Shown: positions 36,418 through 46,300 of the stretch, piece by piece
Position numbering within the stretch: the first letter of the stretch is position 1
Layout of the letters: each line of letters begins with the position of its first letter
IMG/VR virus record: IMGVR_UViG_3300035208_006940
Length of the DNA stretch: 64,000 bases
From: an uncultured virus (IMG/VR IMGVR_UViG_3300035208_006940)
Taxonomy: Duplodnaviria; Heunggongvirae; Uroviricota; Caudoviricetes
Strand: one strand, 5' to 3'
Program-made: the position numbers and the translations under genes
Notes under the pieces: model-generated
Database searches by the model: none
Seen by the model: only the letters and a program-made list of their open reading frames with translations
What the model was told of the DNA's origin: nothing

Positions 36418-37517
36418 TAGTCACCAACGTGAACGAGATTAAGATGCACGTCCAGCGGCGGGCGGGCGACATGTCGACCCTCTGCCTCTGGTACACCAAG
36501 GACGGCGAGTGTGCTCCGTATTACCTGCCGCTTGACCAGCTGATGGATGAGCCCTGGCTGCAACAGCCTTCGCGCATCCGTTTGCTGGGGGCGGCGGAGA
36601 ACGCCGAGCTGATCGAGCAGTTGTACAAAGAGAAGGAGCTTCACAGTCGGCCCTGGGAGATTCACCTGGGGAGCCCATCACTGTGCGGATTGGGTCCCTC
36701 TCGCCCGCTCGACCACATCCCGCACCTGTTCGAGCGTATGGACCATTTGACACAGCTGCCTGGCAGCGTGGGCGGGTTCCACAGCATGAACGAGCGTGAG
36801 CTGACTGGCTACTCGCTGGCGCGCACGGTGTGGAAATCACGAGGGCGGGTCACGCGACTGGGGAAAAAATTGCTGCACGCTCACCCAGCCTGGTCTGCCC
36901 TGTCCTTCATTCCTCAGATGGACGAAACGCGGGCGGCGCTGTTGCTATCAATGCTGGTAGACCCCCGCTGGCATGTTGACCCCATGCACCCTTCGCGGTC
37001 GGCCCGACTCAAGGAGTATTTCGGACTGGGGGAGTCTCGCGACGGTATCACTTCCGTGGACGTCGTCCAGGCGGTGTTGTCGCAGAAGACCGACGCGTTG
37101 CCCATCGCCGTACAGCACCGCGCAATGATGGCGAGGATCGTGTTGGACACATGGACTGGTGGGGAGTTCGACAAGGAACCACAAGATCTAGTAGACCCCC
37201 GCGATTTTTTGTGGCGGAAGGCGATGGAGTTTCGCGGACAGAAGGGCGGTCTTGCACTGGGACTGCTGCGGGCTTCCCACTGGTTCCTGCGTGTCGTGTC
37301 GGCGGTGTGGCTCGACAATCTCACCCCACCCTGGACAGCGGTCCAGGCTGTGGAAAGACTGGGGAGAGGCGACAAGTGGCGGAAGGTTGTCACGGTCCGG
37401 CCGAAGCTGCCACCAAGCCAAAGCTACGCGCCGCGGCTGTTCGAGCCGGAATGGTATTTTAAGGATTCTGCCGTGATTACTGCATGGCGGCAGCACACGG
37501 CCAACAAGCCTGTTTGA
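36414..37517 (+). CDS. IS110/Tas-like Nop-domain protein, catalytically degenerate
   Basis: HPAWSALSFIPQMDETRAALLLSMLVDPRW...ARLKEYFGL and LLRASHWFLRVVSAVW resemble the IS110 Transposase_20/Nop domain. Confidence 0.55.
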   Translation: MIVTNVNEIKMHVQRRAGDMSTLCLWYTKDGECAPYYLPLDQLMDEPWLQQPSRIRLLGAAENAELIEQLYKEKELHSRPWEIHLGSPSLCGLGPSRPLDHIPHLFERMDHLTQLPGSVGGFHSMNERELTGYSLARTVWKSRGRVTRLGKKLLHAHPAWSALSFIPQMDETRAALLLSMLVDPRWHVDPMHPSRSARLKEYFGLGESRDGITSVDVVQAVLSQKTDALPIAVQHRAMMARIVLDTWTGGEFDKEPQDLVDPRDFLWRKAMEFRGQKGGLALGLLRASHWFLRVVSAVWLDNLTPPWTAVQAVERLGRGDKWRKVVTVRPKLPPSQSYAPRLFEPEWYFKDSAVITAWRQHTANKPV

Positions 37518-37570
37518 CTTTGCCGGGTGATCTGTTATCTTGGCGGGTCCCGGCTGGTGGAGGTGCAAGG

Positions 37571-38122
37571 ATGCGCGAGCTGTCAGTAAGGATCTGTTTC
37601 ACGGCCCACTGTCTGGGCAACGTCAAGAAATTCCACATCGAGAAAGGCAAGAAGCGCACCTACTTCCTCATGCCCAAGACGCATGACGGGAAGGTGATCT
37701 TCATGCCGGTCTGGTGGAAGGCCATCTTGGCTAAAGCGGCGGATGTGTTCTGTCGACACCAGGACGAGGTGAAGAAGATCGTGTTCAGCATGGAGGTCGA
37801 CGGGAATCCCCGGGCGATCCCCGAGCAGTTTTACCATCGCTACTATGCCGAGGACCGGTTCTCGAAGCACGAAGCGTTTTTCCCCGGGGATGTGATCGGG
37901 GTGACCTGCATCGTCCCTGATGCGATCAGCGACCAAGACTTCGGCCGGTTGATGACGCTGGCGGGCAAGTACTGCGGGATCAGCCCCGCGAGGCCTAACG
38001 AGTATGGTTTCTTCTCCGTTGTGTCCGTGCAGCCTTCGGGCCTGTCGCGGATGCAGCAGATGCGGCCTGAGATCGCAGGAGAGCGAGATGGCGTGATAGA
38101 AACGAGCCGAGCCACCGGTTAA
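37571..38122 (+). CDS. Stand-alone RAMP (Cas7/Csm3-like) protein
   Basis: LSVRICFTAHCLG; PKTHDGKVIFMPVWWKAILAKAA; HEAFFPGDVI; C-terminal G-loop AGKYCGISPARPNEYGFFSV. Start is the ATG at 37571 within ORF 37484..38122. Confidence 0.65.
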   Translation: MRELSVRICFTAHCLGNVKKFHIEKGKKRTYFLMPKTHDGKVIFMPVWWKAILAKAADVFCRHQDEVKKIVFSMEVDGNPRAIPEQFYHRYYAEDRFSKHEAFFPGDVIGVTCIVPDAISDQDFGRLMTLAGKYCGISPARPNEYGFFSVVSVQPSGLSRMQQMRPEIAGERDGVIETSRATG

Positions 38123-38200
38123 GGGCCCGGTGGCTCGGTTGAACGAACGAAGGCATCGTGTGCCAAGACCGCGCTCATTGTACGGTCTTTCGTGCCATTG
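38105..38200 (+). other. Structured segment between the RAMP-like gene and the helicase
   Basis: CCGAGCCACCGG/CCGGTGGCTCGG stem; ACGA..TCGT enclosing GGCA/TGCC and AAGACCG/CGGTCTT. Confidence 0.5.
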
Positions 38201-38223
38201 GCAAGCCCTGTTTAGGCAGTGGA

Positions 38224-39756
38224 ATGAAAGATCGCGTGCGAAAAGTCCGGTTCAAGCGCAACGGCGGCTTGCTCTCGACAGACACACCGAATCGCCAGGT
38301 TTGGAAAATCCTGGAAGATGAGCTGACGTACAACCACGTCACCTTCCTCAAGGGCCAGGCGGCCCGACGCGCACAGAGCAACGTCCACGTCACCCCGGTC
38401 TACTGCTACAGTTACGTGGACGACCCCGACGGGATTCTCCCGCCCGAGTTCAATACTGCCTCTGGTTTCCTGCCACGCATCAAGCGTACGTTGAAGCAAC
38501 ACGGCTACCGGGTGGTGGTTGAAGACAACACGCCGACACGTCCCGAGCTGTTCGTTCCACGCATGGAGCGGATCAGGCCTCCAGTGGATTTTCGTTGGGG
38601 GCAGGAGGGCGTGCTGTACCAGATCCTCACGCACAACTACGGTCGGATCCGCTGCCCCACTGGTTACGGCAAGTCGATGCTGATCCGCGTGCTCTGCCAG
38701 TTGCTGCCCCACGCGAAGATCGCTGTAGCCACGCACTCCAAGGATGTTCTGGAGCAGCTGTACTTCGAGATCGCGGCGGCAATCCCCGGCGTGGGGATCG
38801 TGACCGGAGCAAAGAAGAACTTCGGCAGGCGGATCACCTGCTACTCGGGTAAGAGCCTGCACCACGCGGCCGGTGACGAGGACCTACTGTTGGTGGACGA
38901 GGGGCATGAGTGGGGCACGCAGGACTACATCGAGCGCGTGGCTCGTTTCAAGCACGCTCGCCGTTTCATGTTCTCGGCCAGCCAGGAGCGTGCGGACGGT
39001 GCCCACTTCGAGCTGGAGGGTGCGTTCGGGGATCTGATCGTCGACATCTCCTATCAGGACGCTGTCGACCACGGCTGCATCGTGCCCATCGAAGTGCGGA
39101 TGAAGGACGTGGTCATGGACGAGAACCCGGCCGATGGCAAGGACGATGTTTCCAAGGAGCGCTGGGGCATCTGGCGCAACCGGGTCCGCAACGAGATCAT
39201 TGCCGAGACGGTGCACGAGTACCCCAACCTGCAGAAGCTGGTGATGGTCAACACCATCGAGCATGCCTGCTTTCTCAAGAAGCTGCTTCCCGAGGCCACG
39301 CTGGCCTATGCCGAGGATGGTATGACCAGTGACGACCGTCGTCGCTACATCGCTTGGAATCTGTTACCCAAGGATGAGCCGGTCATGACCCGGGAGCGTC
39401 GTCGCTGGCTCAAGGTCGAGTTCGAGCGAGGCAACCTGGAGCTGGTGATCTCCAACTCCGTATGGAAGCGGGGAGTGGACTTCAAGAACTTGCCCGTACT
39501 GATCCGCGGCGATGCCCAGGACAGTGCGATTGCGGATACGCAGATTCCGGGCCGCGTGGCCCGTTTGCCAGGTGAAGTTTCCGAGGGCGTGACCCCGGAG
39601 AAGGAGGTGGGTCTGGTCATTGACTTACTGGATCAGTTCGACACCGGCTATCACCGCAAGGCGAACCGGCGTGTGCACCGCTACAAGGAGTTCGGATGGA
39701 ACGTGGTTATGCCCGCAGCGCGACCGTCGCGGTTCGGTCAGCGCTACCTATTTTAG
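38224..39756 (+). CDS. Superfamily 2 (UvsW/DEAH-like) helicase
   Basis: PTGYGKS, VDEGH, SAS, RGVD, QIPGRVAR. Confidence 0.9.
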   Translation: MKDRVRKVRFKRNGGLLSTDTPNRQVWKILEDELTYNHVTFLKGQAARRAQSNVHVTPVYCYSYVDDPDGILPPEFNTASGFLPRIKRTLKQHGYRVVVEDNTPTRPELFVPRMERIRPPVDFRWGQEGVLYQILTHNYGRIRCPTGYGKSMLIRVLCQLLPHAKIAVATHSKDVLEQLYFEIAAAIPGVGIVTGAKKNFGRRITCYSGKSLHHAAGDEDLLLVDEGHEWGTQDYIERVARFKHARRFMFSASQERADGAHFELEGAFGDLIVDISYQDAVDHGCIVPIEVRMKDVVMDENPADGKDDVSKERWGIWRNRVRNEIIAETVHEYPNLQKLVMVNTIEHACFLKKLLPEATLAYAEDGMTSDDRRRYIAWNLLPKDEPVMTRERRRWLKVEFERGNLELVISNSVWKRGVDFKNLPVLIRGDAQDSAIADTQIPGRVARLPGEVSEGVTPEKEVGLVIDLLDQFDTGYHRKANRRVHRYKEFGWNVVMPAARPSRFGQRYLF

Positions 39757-39765
39757 AGGCCTTCA

Positions 39766-40500
39766 ATGCTCGATCCCGGAAAGCAGCCGCAACGGCGACG
39801 CTGCCTCAGGACAGCGGAGCTGGTGGAGGTCATGGCGATTCACATTCGTCAGGCCTACATCTACGAACGCCGTCTGAGCGAGGAGATGCACACAGGACGG
39901 CCGAGTACGTACAACTCGTCGTCCTTCTGGGACGGCAGGCCAGCGACGCAGGAGACCAGCGGACGGCAGGCGGTCTGGCCGCGGCTGGCCGAGTTCATGT
40001 TGGCCAACCAGCTCGACCCAGCCGCGTACATCCACGCAGCATTTCAAATCCAGGGCTGGCAACACCCACCCAAGCCCAACCAACTCAAATGTGCGGCGGT
40101 GCTGGACAACTACCGGCGGCAGTCGCAGCAGGAGCAGCGGGCCGTCGAGATCGCCTTTGCGCATCAACAAAGTTTGTTTCACGCCACGGTCCGGATGCTG
40201 GCCGACCCTGCGGCGTTGATGACCTACGAACAGTCTGTGCAGTTCGTACTGCTAGACGAGAATCTGTCCCTGTCGGCCCTGTTCCGTTACTGCATCGCAC
40301 GCCGAGCGAAGTGTTTCGACATCGCGAGGCGCTATCGAACTTCCGCTGCTGTGCAGTATGTGCGGCAGCGGGAGCTATACGACACTGTCTGGGGAGCGCT
40401 GATTCCCCCAAAGTTCAAGATGAAAGCCCAGTCAATCCGCCAGAGCATGCTCGACAAGATGCTCGGGGGTGAGGGAGAGAAGGAGCGACACAATGGATAA
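39766..40500 (+). CDS. Hypothetical replication-module protein
   Basis: GAGG RBS; lies between two helicase genes. Confidence 0.65.
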   Translation: MLDPGKQPQRRRCLRTAELVEVMAIHIRQAYIYERRLSEEMHTGRPSTYNSSSFWDGRPATQETSGRQAVWPRLAEFMLANQLDPAAYIHAAFQIQGWQHPPKPNQLKCAAVLDNYRRQSQQEQRAVEIAFAHQQSLFHATVRMLADPAALMTYEQSVQFVLLDENLSLSALFRYCIARRAKCFDIARRYRTSAAVQYVRQRELYDTVWGALIPPKFKMKAQSIRQSMLDKMLGGEGEKERHNG

Positions 40501-42148
40501 CAAGCCCGAACGGAAAATCGAACGACGGCTCCCGCTCACGGACATCCAGAAGCAACTGATGCTGATGATTGTGCTGCGGAAAGACTCGGTGTTCCAGATT
40601 GCGAGATCACAGCTCAAGCCGGAGCATTTCAATGCCGGAGAGCAAGCGTATGCTGTGATCTGGGCGGCCGTGCTGGACCACTGGAAGGAGCTGAACGAGC
40701 TGCCGGGCGAACGGGCTTTGCTGGCCGAAATCGACCGGCGGATCAAGGATGACCCAGGCGCGCTGACTGACGACGAGATCGAGTTCGTGGACGGCTTTCT
40801 GGCCGACGCGTTCGCGGTCAAGAAGAGGCTGCTCAGCGATCGCGTGGCGATGAAGTACATGCGGATCTTCTTGGAGGACCGGCTGACGGACCGGGCCCGG
40901 GAGATGTTTCATCTCAGCCCACGCACGCCCAAAGATCTATTTGCCCTCACCAGTCGGCTGGCCGAAGAGGCTGGGACGATCTGTGCGATGGACAGCAGCG
41001 GCGCTCCCGAGCCGTTCCCCAAGGACTGGGACAAGGGCGAAGCGCCGGTGGTCAAGATCACCACGCAGATCCCGTTTCTGGATCGGTTCTACAACGGCGG
41101 CGACTCGCCGGGCGAGGCCTATGGCCTGCTAGCGCCCTTCGGCAGTTGCAAAACGACGTTGGCGGTGCAGTGGTCTACACTGCGAGCACGGTTGCTGCAG
41201 AACATGTGGCTCGACGCGCACAAGCGTGTGCCGTTGCCGGTCCTGTACTACTTCTTCCATGAAGGCACGATGGCCGAGTTCCGGGTGCGGGCGTTGTCGC
41301 ACCTGGCCCAGATCGACCGTGAGCTGCTGGAGACCGGAGACTGGGGCAAGCTCAGCACGGGACCGCACGATCTGAAGCCCTACGAGCGAGCGATGTTTGC
41401 CTCGCAGCTTGCGCAGGGGTTGCCGGTGTTGTCGGAGATGCAGCGGAAGGTGATTGCGGAGAACATCCTCAATCGCAACTGGCGGGCGATCGACATGACC
41501 GGGAACGATCCGTCGACTGTGGGTCGTGGCTGGGGCCTGGTGGATGAGTACGCGGCGTACATCCGTCGCGACCAGGCGATCAGCCGGGGTCGCGGTCTAC
41601 CGATCTGCTGTGGCGGGATCGTGTCGGACTTCGTAGGTGCCGCAGTGGATTCATTCATCGAGCACCACAATCTGCGACGCAAGGATGAGATGCGGTTTCT
41701 GATCGCCAACTTTGCCCTTCACGCGAAGAACAAGTTGGCGATCCCGTTCAAGTGCCCGGTGTACCTCAACCACCAGCTCAACGGCGAAGCCAATGCGTTT
41801 GGCCCAGGCAGGATTCCGCACTACACGGATTCGGCCGAGGGCAAGGCGTTCGCCATGCACCTGGACTTCTGCTGCTGCATCGGTGGCAAGAACAACGAGG
41901 GCCTGATGGGCATGGCCTGCCGCAAGGCACGTCGCGCCCCGATCCAGACCGAATCGGTGATTCGCTTGGATGGCAAGTTGTCCACCGTGCGCGACACGGA
42001 GGGCGAGTACGTAATCGATCCGATGGCTCACGCCATCGTCAAAGCCGAGGACATGCACAAGGTTCGCGACAAGGAGAAAACCGTTCGGCCGCGTGACCTG
42101 GACCGGTCAGCGCGAAGCCAACTGAGCAGCTTTATGCAGGGTAAATGA
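40493..42148 (+). CDS. dnaB: DnaB-like replicative helicase
   Basis: N-domain LKPEHFN..YAVIWAAV; Walker A APFGSCKT; SDFVG; NHQLN; RKARR. Confidence 0.8.
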   Translation: MDNKPERKIERRLPLTDIQKQLMLMIVLRKDSVFQIARSQLKPEHFNAGEQAYAVIWAAVLDHWKELNELPGERALLAEIDRRIKDDPGALTDDEIEFVDGFLADAFAVKKRLLSDRVAMKYMRIFLEDRLTDRAREMFHLSPRTPKDLFALTSRLAEEAGTICAMDSSGAPEPFPKDWDKGEAPVVKITTQIPFLDRFYNGGDSPGEAYGLLAPFGSCKTTLAVQWSTLRARLLQNMWLDAHKRVPLPVLYYFFHEGTMAEFRVRALSHLAQIDRELLETGDWGKLSTGPHDLKPYERAMFASQLAQGLPVLSEMQRKVIAENILNRNWRAIDMTGNDPSTVGRGWGLVDEYAAYIRRDQAISRGRGLPICCGGIVSDFVGAAVDSFIEHHNLRRKDEMRFLIANFALHAKNKLAIPFKCPVYLNHQLNGEANAFGPGRIPHYTDSAEGKAFAMHLDFCCCIGGKNNEGLMGMACRKARRAPIQTESVIRLDGKLSTVRDTEGEYVIDPMAHAIVKAEDMHKVRDKEKTVRPRDLDRSARSQLSSFMQGK

Positions 42149-43338
42149 TGGAGGTTCTCAACCAGACGCTATTCGACCGCCTGGAGATGCGATTCGGGCG
42201 TGGCAAGGTAGACGTTGTGGCGCCCGGCATGGAGATTCAGTGGCACGTGGAACGCCGGGCGACACTGGAGGAAGACAAGACCTACGAGAAGCGAAAGGTC
42301 GATCAGAGCGGAGAGGAGTACAAGGTCTGTTGCCCGTTTTGCAACGACACCCGCGGGCGGTTGTTCATCAACCACATGTGGGGCGTCCCCGACGAGGAGC
42401 TTGGCGGCCGTAATCTGTTCCTGGCTCAGTGTTTCAACGAGACGCGGTGTCTCGACAACAGCCAGATGCAGAAGCAGCTCTACGAGCAGGTGTACATGGT
42501 CGGCGGGCGACCGCCGAGCCGGATCCATTTGCGGCCGGGGAAGACTGTGGCGACCAAGGTCGGCCCAGTCAGCTGGCCGGGCCCTGTAACGCGACTGGAC
42601 GTCCTGATGGAGCGACATCCGCACCACAGGGCCATCGAGTATCTCGAATCCCGGTTCATCGATCCGGTGAAACTGGGGAAGCTTTACGAAGTAGGCTACT
42701 GTGCCGAGAGCCGCTACCACTACGCCTCCGACCGGCTTATTTTCCCGATCCTCATGGGCGGTCAGCTCGTGGGCTGGCAGGCTCGCTACATCGGAGACAG
42801 CGTGCTGGGCGTTCCCTTCAACAAGGCGAAGGTGCCCAAGTATTGGAGTTGCCCGGACATGCCGCGCAAGCTGGTGGCATTCAACTACGACCGGGCGATT
42901 CAGCATCCCACGATTGCCATCGTCGAAGGACCCACCGACGTCTACGGCTTCGGTGTCCAGGCCCTGGCGGTGCTAGGCACCACGATGAGCGTGGAACTGC
43001 AGAAACGCTTCGCGGCGGACGTGAAGCGGAACTGGGGGAAGAAAGCGGTTGTGCTGATCATCTTGGATCCGAAACAGAACGCGGTCTCTGCTGCCAAGGG
43101 CAAACCGCATCACATCAAGGTGCTGGAGATGTCGCTACGTGCACATCTTCCGCACATCGTTCCCGTGTACCTACCCGACGTCGAGTCCGATCCGGGCTCG
43201 CTGGACCGAGACCTGTTGCGTGAGATCTGCAAGGACGCAGCGAAGAAGAAGCGACTCACGCTGGACTTCAACAAACCGAAGAAGCTACATGTCGACCCAA
43301 GCACCCTCCCGAAAGCCCCCGGCCGCCTTCACCGCTAA
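42145..43338 (+). CDS. dnaG: DnaG-type DNA primase
   Basis: CPFC...CFNE..C Zn domain; RLIFPI..GWQAR; Toprim VEGPTD. Confidence 0.9.
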   Translation: MMEVLNQTLFDRLEMRFGRGKVDVVAPGMEIQWHVERRATLEEDKTYEKRKVDQSGEEYKVCCPFCNDTRGRLFINHMWGVPDEELGGRNLFLAQCFNETRCLDNSQMQKQLYEQVYMVGGRPPSRIHLRPGKTVATKVGPVSWPGPVTRLDVLMERHPHHRAIEYLESRFIDPVKLGKLYEVGYCAESRYHYASDRLIFPILMGGQLVGWQARYIGDSVLGVPFNKAKVPKYWSCPDMPRKLVAFNYDRAIQHPTIAIVEGPTDVYGFGVQALAVLGTTMSVELQKRFAADVKRNWGKKAVVLIILDPKQNAVSAAKGKPHHIKVLEMSLRAHLPHIVPVYLPDVESDPGSLDRDLLREICKDAAKKKRLTLDFNKPKKLHVDPSTLPKAPGRLHR

Positions 43339-46300
43339 GCCTGCCAACGTCGAGTTGAAGTATCGCAAGGTGGACCCCGGCCAGCCGATGTTTCCCCTGA
43401 ATGCCCCGGGGATGCCCTTGCCCGGGCCGTTGCCCTACGAGCATGCAAGGGCATTGGGCGACACGACCGAGATCGTGGGCAAAGCGAAGTCGCGGCAGCT
43501 TGCGCAGGTGGGCGAGATGCTGACGAACCTCTACCACCAGATCCTCTACAGCCCGACGAGCTATGTCCCTGCCAAGACCAAGGCCGGGGAGATTCGCATG
43601 ATGCGTTGCGTGCCGGGCCATCTCTGGGGCGGTGACGTCACGGGGCCGGTGCGTGCGACCGTGATGGTCATTGGCAAGATGCTGGGAGAGGATGAGCGCA
43701 ACAGTGGCCGTAACTTTGCGGGGCCCACTGGACGACTGTTGCTGGACTCGTGCAACAAGCTAGGCATCCACCCGGCCCAGTGGTACGTGACCAATCTGAT
43801 GAAGACCGAGCATCCCAATGCGGCCAATGGCGACACGGACGTGCGCAAGGCCATGATCGACGAGTGGCTGCCGCTCCTGCACCAGGAGCTGCGACTGGTG
43901 TGCCCGGACTACATCCTCTGCTTGGGCACGGATGCCAGCAAGGCGCTGTTAGGCAAGGACGCCACGGTGTCGAAGATGGACGGGCGGGTGGTCGAGTACC
44001 GCATCCCGCTACGAAAGTCACAGGATGACGAAGACGAGACCCATGTGGCGCAGGTGATGACCATCGTCCACCCTGCCTGGGTTTTGCGAGAGCCCAACGA
44101 CCTGGACAAGTTCGAGAATGGGCTGAACCGCTTTGGTCAGCTGATCGGCGGCACGCGGTGGGACCAGAAAGAGGACGGGCTGGACCATCGCGTGATCGAT
44201 AACCTGAAGGACCTCAAGAAGCTGTACTTCGAGATCCAGCGGGATTGCAAGGACGGTCTGCTGGGCGTCGACTTGGAATGGCACGGCGAGCACCCGGTCA
44301 ACAAGGGTGCATACGTGCGAACCTTCCAGGTTTCCTGGGCGCACAAGAAGGCCGCGTGCATCAGCCTGCGGCATCCAGGAGGCAAGCTTCGTTTCCAGGG
44401 CGGGATTCTCAACGCCCATCGGTGGATCCAAAAGATCTGCCGAGACAAGATCCTGGTGGGTCACTTCTTCGCGGCGGACATGGAGTGGGCGCAGGCTGCC
44501 GGACTCAAGGAGGTGTTGAAGACGTTCTTCTCTGTGCCACGCACGTGGCAGGCTTACATGCGACGATGTCTCGCGGGCAAAGGGCCCGCGGGGTTCGACA
44601 CCGGGTACGCAGCGCACGCAGTGTGCGAGACGGATTCGTTCGACCTGACCTCGCTCACGCTCAAGTACACGGCCGCGCCGCGGTACGACTTGAAGCTGGA
44701 AGCGTGGAAGACGCAGTACTGCAAAGACCACAAGATGAAGGTCGGGGACATGGAGGGATACGGAGAGTGTCCCAACGACGTCCTGGAGCCCTACGGCTGC
44801 TACGACGCAGACGTCACGCGACGGATTGCGGTCAAGCTCCTCAAGCTCCTGTGCAGCGACGGCTTCGGCAACAACTGCTGGGAGCCGTTCTGGATCAACA
44901 TGCGGGCGGTGCCTGCGATCTTGGAGATCAACACCACCGGGCTGCCGGTGGATCGCAAGCGGATGGAGCTGCTCACCGAGACCTATCGCAGTGCGTGCGC
45001 GAGCATGGAACGGCAGATTCGCGAGTGGGCGAAGTGGTCGGACTTCAACCTGAATTCGGTATTCGATGTTCGCGAGTACCTGTTCGGCGAGAAGTACAAC
45101 GGCAAGAAGCGGGTGAATCCCACCGATCCACCCATTCGGCTGCGACCGGCCAAGGCGAAGTCTCTTCGACTGATGCCCGTGCTCACCACCGACAAACGGT
45201 CCATGCAGTGGGCTGAGGTGATCGAGCGAGGGCTGGAGGCCGAGAAGACGCCGAGCACGGGCAAGCTCGCCCTGGCGATCCTGATGCAGGAGTCCATGGA
45301 GGTCGTGCGGAAGAAGCACGGCCAGCAGTACATCGAGGATTGCAGCAAGCAAGTGGGCTGGATCCGCGATCACCGTTTCATCCGGCAGGTGCTGAAGTAC
45401 ACGTTGCGGCCGCCCAACATGAAGGACGGCTTGGAGGAGTTTGAGCGAGACGAAGACGGCGAGCTGGTCTACGACAAGGGCCTGCCCGCATCGATCTGCG
45501 ACGACGGCTACGTCCGTACACACATTTCACCGACCAAGGAGACAGGTCGCTGGGGTTCGTCACGGCCGTCGATGCAGAACTTTACCAAGCGCCGCGAGAA
45601 GGACTACAAGCGGATCTTGGGGCCCGACTACAAGTACCCGTTGCGTACGATCATCACCGCACCGCCGGGGTGCGTGATCATCGAAGCGGACTACATTGGT
45701 GCCGAGCTGGCCGGAATGGCGTTCATGTCGGGCGACCCGACGATGATCGACCACGTGATGCGGGCCCAGTTGCCCGAGAGCGATCCCCGGTACTACGACA
45801 TCCACTCGCACATCGCCTGCCTAGCTTTTCAACTCCAGTGCGTGCCCACCAAGCACGGCCTGGACAAGATCGGCAAGAAGCACTTGCGCGACGTGGCCAA
45901 GACGGTGGTGTTCGGGATCGCGTACGGTCGCGGGGCCAAGGCGATTGCTTTGGCCGCGCGAGAGGAGAGTATTTTCATCAGCGTCGCCGAGGCTCAGGCG
46001 GTCATCGACGCCGTATTTGAGATGTACCCAGGCCTGGTGCCGTACTTCGCGGCCTGCCGGGAGCGCGCGTTGACCGCACGCTGGTTGTGCGGTGCCTACG
46101 GTCGGTTCCGCCGATTCCCTGTCACCCAGGATCGCAAGGTCGCTGGGGACTTCGAGCGGGAGGCGCAGAACTTCCCGATTCAGGGCTTCGTGGCCGACAT
46201 GGTTGGCCGTGCCGTGGACCACGTGTACCACTACCGAGAAAAGCATCCCGACCTCTGGTACCGGCTGGCGTTGCAGATCCATGATTCGCTCATGGTAGTC

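Noticed and set aside
36414..37517. Active IS110 insertion sequence
   Set aside because: No catalytic DEDD or SG motifs, no room for element ends, and the gene is translationally coupled to sbcC
36000..40000. CRISPR array, TIGR array or short-period (e.g. GGY-NN) guide repeat next to the RAMP-like and Nop-like genes
   Set aside because: Flanks are coding. The 53-nt spacer at 37518-37570 has several GGY triplets but with irregular spacing, and no repeat-spacer periodicity was seen anywhere in the window
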